A stretch of DNA of 64,000 bases from Auanema rhodensis (lineage: Eukaryota; Animalia; Nematoda). The DNA is taken from the NCBI GenBank assembly GCA_964057225.1, contig OZ059894.1, positions 10,044,001 through 10,108,000 of the forward strand, in the 5' to 3' direction. Of this stretch, positions 13,472 through 24,600 are shown one piece after another. The notes beneath the pieces were generated by a model. The model made no database searches. It had not been told where the DNA came from and worked only from the letters and a program-made list of their open reading frames with translations. Each line of letters starts with the position of its first letter. Position 1 is the stretch's first letter. The position numbers and the translations under genes were made by a program.

Positions 13472-14917
13472 CTGATTTTCAATTGCTATATCATAGATTT
13501 CTTCAATGGGTCATTATATTCTATCAATATCTATCTATCTTGCATGTAGAGCATGTATACTAACTAACTAGCTGCTTTTCATTTTGTCTGATGAAACTAA
13601 GACTCTGAGATTCTGAATTTCAGCTTGCAACCTTAACAGATTCGTCGTCGTCTTATATCTCTCTATCTTACTTCCGTTATTTTATTTTGACTTTATGTGA
13701 TACTTTACTACAATATCAATACCATTATCCAAGCTATATCTCTTGAAATTATTACAAAAATGTCAAAAATAAACTTTTTTCATTCGAAGATTCCTCGAAA
13801 ATCTGAAACTTTTTACTTTCAATTTGATTTCCATTTTCTCTTCGTTTACATTTCCACTTTCTAAATTGTTTTTCTCTATAACCATAACACCATCTCTTGT
13901 ATAATGGTGGCCTTGACTACCTCAAACGACGACAACCATCAGTTATCCGTCACAAGCCTCAGCACAAAGAAGAGACTCTTCTATACAGGCGCATCTAGAG
14001 AGTGAGTGTGAAAGAGAGATAGAAAGAGAGAAACCCTTTTATGGGTAATCAGCTCCACCCTGTTGCAATTTTCTGATTGAAAAAGTATTCAGATATTTAT
14101 GAATTCTACAGTTTTTCATTATTTTCCGATGAATTATCATGTATCTTTTCATTTTTCAAACATAATTGTATCATTACGGTTGTAAATCTCATTCTTATAA
14201 TTCTCGTATACCGTGATGCTTCGAGGACAGAAGCAGTTCATCAACACTTCGTTATTGTTCTGATAAGGTCTTCTTCTCAATGTTTCATTATATTCGAACA
14301 TACCTTCAAGTTTTACCAAGTTTTTCATCAAGTTTTTCATGTCCACTTTGAACTTTATCATCAGTACATGCATACATACACACCTAGTTAACTGATATAG
14401 TCAATAGTAATCATATCAAGATAACCGGAGGAACAATATCCTCCAATCCTTACAGTCTCGTGAACAACTTGAGAGAGAAAGAAAGAAAGAGAGAGAGAGA
14501 GATAGAGAGAGAGAGAATGATACAGAGCCGAGAACTGTTCATTGAAGGTCATTCATCTGGCAAAAGATAAATGGAAGGAAAGTTCAGCAGAAATCTGTAA
14601 CGTCCTCGAGAAAGATTATCAATTCTTCTGTATTCTAGTGTTGCCCATCAACTTTTCGTTTCTTCATTCCATCCAATCAACATCCTTTCACTAATCCCGG
14701 ATCTGTACGATCTATGCTGCTGAGTTTGATCGATTGGACATGCCTAATTTGCTGATTCTCTCAATATAATCAGCTCATCCAAAGACTTAACTTCAAGTTT
14801 TTCAGTCAGAAACTTTTTTTTCTTTGAAATTCGTGACGTAAACATATCTATTCGTATATTTATTCCAAGATTTCTACTTGTCTCATTTCATCTTCAAAGC
14901 TTTAATACTTTACAGGA

Positions 14918-17240
14918 ATGAGCCAGCAACGACCTGGATTTTGGCAACCGTCCAAAATTAAACCCGAAGAAGAAACACCTGAATTACCGAAAAAGTTTAA
15001 CAATGGCACTTTAACGTGGAAAAAGGAATTGGAAGTAAATAATCTGAAGCTGAAACTTTGATATTCAATTTCTCACCCTATTTCAGCCTCAGGAATCTCC
15101 TTCATATACTCCAATAAAATCTGGAACCCTTGGTCGTATGACTGCTGCTCCACACGTATTAAGTGAGTAAAAGCAAAAATATGAAATTTTTTGTTTAATT
15201 ATGAAGAAAAATTAGAAATCAGTTGGTTTATTAGTATGTTATGCTTGCAGAAGATGGATCACAAAGTACAGGAACTCTTCGCCGAGCTAGTATTAAGCCA
15301 AATCCATTTGTTTTTGGTATAATATTTTAATATTTTATTATATATAACTAATTTATTTATTTAATTCTTATTTTATTTGGAAAATTTTCAAATTTTTGAA
15401 TCTTAAACCAACCAATTAGCATACGACGTCAAAAGTCATTTATCACGCCAATGACAGTTGAAACTATTCATTTTTCATTCGAAAAGTAGATGAGACGGTT
15501 GTATTCTAATCTAATCTATTAGTATTATATAATTTATATATTTTTTAAATTTGTGTTACTCAAGAGAAACAAATATTTTTACAGAGCCTCCTCAATCTCA
15601 ATCAACACCTAAAGTTCCACATTCGCTGAACGCTCGTCCTGGAAGTGCAAAGCAAATGGGTCGTGACCAGAAACTTACTTGGGGAAGACGTTAGTTGCAT
15701 TAAAACAATTAATTATATTGTTATTATGTTTAGTACCTACTAGCTCTGGATGTCGTTCAACTTCAGCAATGGGACAATCTTACACACTTCGGCCAGCAAG
15801 TCGCCAAAGTGATGCTGGTGGACATGGAATGTCAAACTGTATGTTTCATTTTCAAAAATATTAAAAACAATTTTGAACGAATAAAGAAGTTGTGAGGGGG
15901 GGGTAGGGAGACGGAAAGGGATGTTCTTGGTTTTTCTTAAAAACTCAGTTATGTCCGATTGAAAAAATTGTTTTTAACTATATCTTTTTCAATTTGTCTG
16001 CGGCAATTTGTCTTTGTATATCGGTCCTATCTACTTCTCTTGCTGCTGACCCACTTTATGCACCTGAGGCAATTCGCCTCAGTTTTTCTTAGATTCAGTT
16101 TCTGCATTTCTTTCTTCTTTTCGCGAATAAAAGAAAAAGAAAATGGTTGCAAGACTTGTAAGCTGCAAGTCAACTGAATCATTCCTTTCTCATCCACCTA
16201 TTGCTTCTGGAACTCGCCTAGTTGCAGGTGTTGGATCCCGCTATCAATCCTACTGTACTTTGCCCAGACCTGAGAATTTAGATGCTGAATCTCTAATGGA
16301 TCTTCACCATCGAGCAATTTATGATCCATATAAGGTAAGTAATTCAACATTATTTTTCAGTTTAACTTAGATGATCGTGCTTTCCAGATGCATATGGCTT
16401 CACGTCCACCATCAGCTGTACCCCCAATGATTGGCCCTGCTATGCCAGATCCTTATATCAGACCTCCATCAGCGTTCACAGCAATCACAACAGCTCCTAT
16501 TGCTCCAGCTCCAATGATGTTCATGGCTCCTCGCACAAAACAGATAGAATATGATTTAGTTAATTGGAATACACTTTCGACATTTGGAAGTATGCAGGTA
16601 TGATTGTGAGCTAAAAAGAGAATAAGAGAGACAGCATATTGAAACAGATACTAAATTAAATTTCTTTACAGGTTCTATGTTCTTTATGTATTTTTGGATT
16701 AGGAGTCACTCGTGTACTTCAAGGTGCTAAATGGGCAATTGGAATCGAATTGGCTTACTCTCTGCTAGTATTAGTTGCAGCTCTTGTAGGCATTTACGCT
16801 GTAAAGAAACGAAGCTATTCAGCTGCAACTTTCTCATATTCATTAACATCATTCAATATTCTATTATCTATTATTCCATTTATCTTAGGTAAAGTTCATT
16901 TAATACATTGATGTTTCATAAATTTCCTAAATTTTAGGACTTTTCCCAACAATTCCCTGGACTTTTCCTGAAGTTGAATCAGCCTGGTTTGTACGTGAAA
17001 ATGAACCAATTGAGTTAGACCTCTGTCTTAGTCTTGTTGTCTTCATCCAGGTATACACTCCATCATTTCATTCAAGATTTATAGAACAACAAACCGGTTT
17101 TCTAGGCTCTGTTATCTGTTGTCATCAGTTGTAGTGGATGTCGTTCAATGGGTAATGTATGCCATGTGCTAGAAGAAGTTAAACTTCAAGCTGATATGCA
17201 TAGAGCATTCAGTAATTCTCCAATTCCACCAAAGCAGTAA
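14918..17240 (+). CDS. Uncharacterised four-transmembrane protein with a long Pro/Ser-rich cytosolic N-terminus (MS4A/CD20- or sarcospan-like topology), 416 aa
   Basis: Phase-consistent exons 14918-15034, 15087-15162, 15251-15316, 15585-15689, 15734-15838, 16228-16334, 16388-16597, 16672-16888, 16938-17050, 17106-17240 (1251 nt). TTTACAG acceptor 2 nt before the ATG. Four hydrophobic stretches: MQVLCSLCIFGLGV, WAIGIELAYSLLVLVAALVGIYAV, AATFSYSLTSFNILLSIIPFILGLF, LDLCLSLVVFIQALLSVVISC. AATAAA at 17573. Confidence 0.85.
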
Positions 17241-17572
17241 ACATATCAATTCATTCGAATATGAGATGAAATTCAAATTTTCTTCTAAGAATTATACAAA
17301 AATTCTAGAATTCACATTATATAATACTATACTATATTATATATAATTAACGATTTCTTATAATAATAATAATATTTTCTGTTTATTTTTGTTTTTTTTT
17401 CTTCTTTTTCTTTATTTACTCATCATTTTCTTTATTCTCTTTATACTTCTTGATATACCTCTTACTACCCCACCTACTACTACGTAGACCAACGTCCTTT
17501 CCATAAATAGCCATTCCCCCCCATATGCATGTATGTTATGAATCAATTTTCATATTGAAATTATAAATTAAA

Positions 17573-17614
17573 AATAAAAAATATTTTTATAAATATATAA
17601 ATATTAATTTTATT
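17573..17614. terminator. Back-to-back polyadenylation signals of the convergent 4TM gene and uig-1-like gene
   Basis: AATAAA on plus at 17573-17578 and AATAAA on minus at 17614-17609, within a nearly pure A/T block where the purine skew reverses. Confidence 0.45.
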
Positions 17615-18622
17615 TATCATCAATACATATTTTTCTTTTTTTTTTTCGTTTCGACTGTTTCAATATTCAAGCGAATTTCAGTAGATGGTATGTGTGTTAT
17701 ATACATAAAATAATAGAAATATATACGTGATTTTGAATATTTTCAAAATTCATTTCTATACAACATGGAAAAGAGAGAAAATTCTTCTTTTTTTTCTAAC
17801 AAAAAATACATCTTTCTCTTTTCCAGGCTGTCAGAATCAATTTTGAAGTTTGAAGAAGAGAGGGGATGGGGGGGGGGACAACGAAGGGGTGCGCGAGTAT
17901 GTTATCCCCTGTGGATCATGCTAACTGGGTTATATTTCTCTTGTCATTGTCTTTGAGAACTGAATATGATTCGATGTTTGAAAAAAAATGAATGAAAATA
18001 CACAGGCACAAATGAGTCTGATTATTGAAGAAAATGAGGCTTATAAGTTGAAGTTGCCTTCAGTATTAGCTAAGCAAACTTCAATTCGATGACAGCTCAG
18101 GACAAGGTAGATGACTCAAAACGATCAAGTTTGAGAGTTGAGAAAGAAAAAATGGACATAATACCGTATACACATGTCATTACGATTGAAGAAATAACAA
18201 AAAAAAATAATTTTCGTGCTTGTGAGGTGAACAACGATCGAAAGAAAGAGAGCAAACAAGAGAAACATTTGAGCTTCATACGGATCGGATTCTTACAATG
18301 AAATTCTAAAGCTAGCAGATACTGCCAAAAACAAATTTGTTTGAATTGTAGCAAAAATTAAATTTTTTATGAAAAAAAAATTAAAATTTGATTGCAGAAA
18401 TCTCAAAGAGTTCATTATGAACCGGTGGAATCCGTACCAGAAGTGAGTGAATGTATCAAAAGAGACAAACCGGATGAAAACAAAGTAAAAAATGCTGAAA
18501 TAAGCGTTGTATAGAACATTTTCCGAATGAAAAGACTACAATAGAGAGAGAGAGAAGTATATACAGAGAGTAAAGGAGATGTTGCCTATGATGGCTAAAA
18601 AAATGGTTGAGGCAAACATCTT

Positions 18623-21600
18623 CTAATTCTTCTCAAATGATTTGATCATCGACTTAACAACTCCTACTGATGGCAGAATAGCATCCAATTCAGCTACTTG
18701 TTCAGCTGTCAATGGTGTACGTTGTCTGAATAGAAATGATACTTTTTGAATAATTTCATTCAATCTATTACTCACCTGGCTGACAATGGAAGACGTTTGT
18801 TAAGCTTTTCATCATCATATTTGTATGGAAATGGTGGTAAACCTGATGTTGATCTCTCTGTTATATGACTCGTTTGGTCCGTTAGTGAGAAACGTCCACA
18901 ACTTAGACGTAACGGTGGAACCTGAATCAAAATTCAAATTATCTTCAAATTCATCGTAGAGGCAAAAAAAGTGATGCAACCGTTTAATGCGAAAATGCAA
19001 ATACAAACTAAGACGACGTGCAGATGCCATTACGTGAAGTAGCACGTGAGCTAACGACACATCATGAAGCACCTGTTATGCTAATTTTCTTGGACTATTG
19101 CTCATTTTACTTTTTTTTTATTTGAAATATTCATAGAAAATAAATAAAAAGTAGTTTCACCTCGTCAATAATAGCTTTTCGATATTTGTTCTTTTTGATT
19201 TGATCAAGTTTTGAGTATCTTCTTTCAATACTAAAAATAGAAAATAAATGTAAAAAAGTAGGAAAAAGGGAGTAAAGTTACGTTTTCAGTCCTTCAGCAA
19301 TTTCTCGACTTTCATTCTCATCTAGGCGTGTTAATGATTTTGATCGTAGTTGACGTGCCATTTGAACATCTGGAGGTACGGTATCACCTCTCCATGTCAT
19401 GGAATCACCTCGACGAGTATTCTGTTCCAATGAACTTGGAAACTTTTGAACCTAAATGTACAAGATGAAAAAGATGCAAAACTTGAAACTTTGTTACCTG
19501 CTCATTTCCATAAGCAACTAACTCTCTGTATAATTCTTCGAATGTGGCTTCTATTCCATCATCATTCAACCTTCTGGTAGAACTTGATCGATATGGAGCC
19601 TGAAATACAGTATGAATAGCCAAAATATTGGTTTTGAATGGAAATACCTCATGTCGTGGAGGAAGATTCTTACGGTTTCTGGCCTGATGGTAACGACTTC
19701 TGGATGATTGAACTTCAGATATTTCTTTTGGACTCGATTCAACTGGCATGTCAAAGCAATGAATCGTTGAAGCAGACAGTGTCCTCATAACTGAAGGGCG
19801 TTGTTCCTACAAAAATAAAAATATAATCACATAGTTAATTTGATTATATACCTTTTCAGTACTTGTACTTGGATTCAGATGACATGTACACTTTGGACTA
19901 TCTTCTCGATTTCCGTAATTACGTAAAGGTGTTGTTTCAGAGATAAGTGATGACTGAAAATATCATAATCAATAGTTAATGCTAATGATATAATGATTAT
20001 AAAGCATACTTTGCTGCTTCCAAGAAGACGTGTAGCTGACAGGCTACGTCTACGTGATTCTTGAGAATCCATGCTCTTTCTACGTTTTTCCAAGTATTTT
20101 GGAACTTTTCTAGATGGCTTGATCGATACTGAAATGAAAGAGACTTAGTTCTAAACTCTCATATCAATCATGTAACATACCTTCAGCAAATTCTGGTCTA
20201 CCGAAGGCTACCTTCTGAGTGTTATCCATGCTCAACATGAGTTGTTTCGTTTTTTCAGGAATTTCAATTCCATAATGATCGAGCATCATACGTTTCAATT
20301 CAGTCATCCAAATTCGTTTTTGTTCCATTGAATTAGCCAAGAAGATGTATTGTGTTCTTGGATTATCAAAAGATAAAACTTGAAAAGCCATTGGATCTTC
20401 AGCAGATATTGACTCATTTAACATCAAATTTGAAGACTGAATTGATAATTATATAAATTATAATAAAATTAAAAGAAATTTACCATAATGTAATCTTTAC
20501 ATATATAACTATTATTACGTTGTTTTACTATTAATAACATTTCTTCAAATAGGAAAAGTAATCGAACAGTTTTTGAGCCAGCTAATCTGAATGATGATTC
20601 AAGCAGTAAATCTCCGTAAGCTGATAAGTTGCTTGTCTATAATAGAATAGAATTCATGTTTCATGATCGAATATGCTTTCTATAGTGATGTACCTCATCT
20701 ATTTTCCATTTTTGAATTGCTGATTGAAGTTGTGATACGCGCTCCGAGTGCTCAGCTTTTTTCTTTTCGTCGTTAATTCGGCCAGCTTGAGATGTCATGA
20801 CTTCATGAGCTCTTTTCACCATTGCCCTGTCTTCAGGAGACAGTGTGGATGGAAGATTTTTAATCATATTCTTAAATATATACATATAGTTAAATGTTAA
20901 TTATTCATATAATTATAATATATTACCTCAAGGAATAGATGATATTTTAAAATTCGTTGAACAGGCTTTAAGAGATATGCTGAGAGCGGTAAAGCATGTC
21001 CTAGTGCATTCTGACGTTCCAGAAGTGCTGAAGCTAGCTGAGGTTGCTGTTGCAAGTTTGTCAATGTGCCAAGCATTCTGAAAATATGGAAATGAGTGAT
21101 TTTCAAGCTTCAAACATATTTTGCTAAGAGAAAATTCAAAATTACCTATGGTAATTGGTACAATATGAGATATAATCTTCAAACTTTCCAGCATTTTCGA
21201 CAAAGCAACGACTCATCTATAATAAGCAAAACCATTTCTAAAAATCAATTTAGAGAAATAGAAATTTACCTTAACACAATCTAGTTCAGCTACATCTAAT
21301 TGAAGATATAATCGACTATTGAATGAATAAATTCGTTCTATACATCCAAATAATGATGAAATATCATCCAATGTTATGTTCAAATCTTCACGACGATCAA
21401 CAAGAAAATTCAAATATCCTTGAATGACGTCATTCAAATCTTGAACATATGATCGTTCAGTATCAAGCAATTCGATTGCTATACGATCTAGCTGCGAGAG
21501 TGAGCCGAGATTCAGAAGAGCTGATCGCCGGTTCGATGACAATGAGGCGGAATAGCTGCAAAAAAAAACCAATAGCTATGTTTTCGTCGTTTAGAGTAAT

Positions 21601-24600
21601 TATTCGGAAAAGCCAAGGACGTACCTTCCAATGCCGCTGTCACGATTTGAACCATCTTCAGCTCCATCTGAAGATCGTAATGAGGATCTGGCAGAGCTAT
21701 AGCCAGTTGATGATGATACAAAGGATAATCGTGCTGGATCCTAAGATACGACAAATGAAAATAAGCACACAGATGATGTGCTAGATCAAACCTCTTCATG
21801 ACTTCTATTACTTGTCAACGATGTGGGAGACATCTCATCAGTACTGAGGAGCTGTGGTTGACTGAAAATAAGTATTTGAGTGAAAAAAACCATAAAAAGA
21901 CAATAAAAGATAATTTGATTTGTTTGGCAAAGGAAAAGAGGAAGAATGCTGTTGTGTAGCTAAGTTCAGCTACTTAAGCACAGTAAAGAGGACGATCAGA
22001 CACAGTCGAACAGCGTGTGGAAAGAAGAAAACGAATAGAAAATAATGATGAAATAAACAAAGAAGAACAACCGTTCAACACCTCAACAGAAAAGAAAATG
22101 AAAAAAAAAGTTGAAAATGACGTGAAGAGTTACGTGAACTTTGGGATATGTTTATCAGTCAATTACTATTAGTATAAAATTCTTAAATTATCTAATAGAT
22201 AAATAGATAAAATATATGATATAGTTTAGGAATATACAATATGGTTAAGATACTTATTCAATCGTTATCTTTTAAAGTTTATGATGAGAAGTCCAACTGC
22301 TGTTGAAATATGAGAAGGGTGCAATGAACTTCGGCAATGCAACTGAACGATGAGGACAGCACGATGTCAGGGTAGGGAAGGGTTGATTCGTTGTCCTCGC
22401 TGTTCTTCGTTCTGCCCTTCTTGAGAAGAGAAACTATTTTTGAATCTTTTGTATAAAAGTCTTGTAACCTTAGGGTAGAAACAAGTTTAGCTTGGATACA
22501 ATGGCAGAACTATGGGGAGTTGTCAGAGAAATTGCAGGAACAAGGTACAAATTTGAGGCAAACAGTCATGAAAGCTAGGAGAACGTGATGTTAAGAGATG
22601 GAACATCAGCAGCGGTACATAAAGATTGAACGTCTGAGCAGAATGTAATCGCTTTCGTCAATAAACGACAAATGTTTCGAATATTATTCAACGAAAATGT
22701 CGTAACTAATTATGAAAATATGAAGAATAAGGTTGTGAAAATTGAAACTCTACGCCAAGACAGGCAGAGGAGAGAAGAATCAGCAAAGTTGTAACTCGAG
22801 AAGAAGAACTGTCTTTCAGCGCAAAGCTAGGTGTTAACTAATGAGAAATAGTATGCAGAGTGATGAGATGGAGGAAAAACGGTTATAGAGAAGATAAAAG
22901 AGTAAATGGTTCCTGATGATAATGATAATGAAGATGACGATGTGTCGGTTTCATCTTAATAATTAACTATATAAAATATATATTATACGTATGTCTATAT
23001 TCAAGTACATTCAGCAGGTTTTGATGAATGCAAAAAACAGGAAACAAATGAAACGGCAACAGAAAGCTGTGTTAAAATGATGTTTGACAACGACAGATAC
23101 ATATATACATCTTTGACGCCGACGACAACGACGACGAAGACGCCCGAAGACGTATGTCGACGTTCTCATCATCATCAACATTAGCAACAAAAGTTGTCAG
23201 ATGCATCAGAATTGGCCTGTGGAATGCAATTCAGCCAATCAACACAAAACTTCTGATGACCATTCTACGATGTATATAGAAAGTGATGAATGAGGACTAA
23301 CAGATAGCTAATCGACAGCACGAATAATGAGGAAGTTGGATATGGTCTTTAAACCATTCAACAACCAATCAGGTCGGAACAAAGTGAATCCAGAAAAGGA
23401 ATAACATGATAAATCACCTTTGATGGAAATTATATGTAAATGAAATGAGATCGTCTAACTGGATTCATTTGACTTATTTCTGGTATTCGAATATTTTTTT
23501 CTGTTCAGCAATTCGAAATTCGTTTTTGAGTAAAAGCATCTATCATATCCATCTATCATAGCTCACTCCTCCTCATTCCTCCTTTCCCCCTCCCCTCCTC
23601 TCTCTCTCTCTCTTTCATTCAGGTCAGAAAGAGTTCTAATGAAATGAACGTTCTTATTCATTCGCTCTAGTTGTTGTCATCGCTTGTCATCAGATGACAA
23701 TGATAATTGAATCGTTAGACAGATGAAAAAGTTTGTTTAATTAGTGGACAATGCTCATATGAGACACGATAGTTCCCTTAAATTCTTTGATAATTATCTG
23801 AGCTTAGCAAACATTAATATAAAATGTTAATCTAGAGCACAAATAATTTCTTAATTCCTTAACTATATGCATATAATATACAGAACATGGTTATAAGATG
23901 AACATATGATATAGATATCTATATCGTATGAATAGAATAACATTTCATCATGACTAGATATTATGAGTAAAGTTGGCGAACTATCAATGCATAACAAGCC
24001 AAAATCCGATAGAAAGTAAACCATTTTTTAGAATAACTATATACATATAGCTAAACATGAAATGCATATAGTTCTGTGTATTTACAAGTAAAAGACTGAC
24101 CGGTCTTTATCGTTAATAGGTGGCAAAATGATTAATTGTGTTGCTTTTCACGTAAAAACGTGACACATGGTATAATATTCTAATTGCCTGTTTGAACAGT
24201 GCTTTAATCACAAAATTTAGTTGTCCTTGATGGCTATAAATTGCTTTTTTCATTCAAATTGTATAGTTTGAAAAGTAAATTCTAATGCTAAATGAAAGAA
24301 TAAAGAAACTTTTAGCTGTTGATGGAATAATCTTGTAATTAAGGCTTTGTTGAAGGTAAACTAACGAATACTTAACAACATTGTCCTTAGAAAAATGCCG
24401 GAGGCAATTATATGAATTCAAAATGGCCAGAGGACAATAGAAATCATGTTGAAAGGTTGGTATTTCAAAAAAAAAAATTGAAGATAAATACATATATGAA
24501 TATATGTAAAATAAATTCCAAAAAACTTGTGCAAAACCGGAGATACAAAGGCTAAGTAGTTCAACTGATTTCTATGGTTAATCTTATTTTGTTATAATTC

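Noticed and set aside
16351-16387. Extra acceptors TTTTCAG (16360) and CTTAG (16370) before exon 7 of the 4TM gene
   Set aside because: 16360 gives a 26-nt intron, too short; 16370 shifts the frame.
21449-21799. ORF-track entries 21449-21784(+) and 21512-21799(-)
   Set aside because: Antisense or alternate-frame shadows of real RhoGEF exons.
22255-22575. Exon-like GC-richer block upstream of RhoGEF exon 7
   Set aside because: Stops occur in all three minus frames before the possible donor; at most a non-coding leader.
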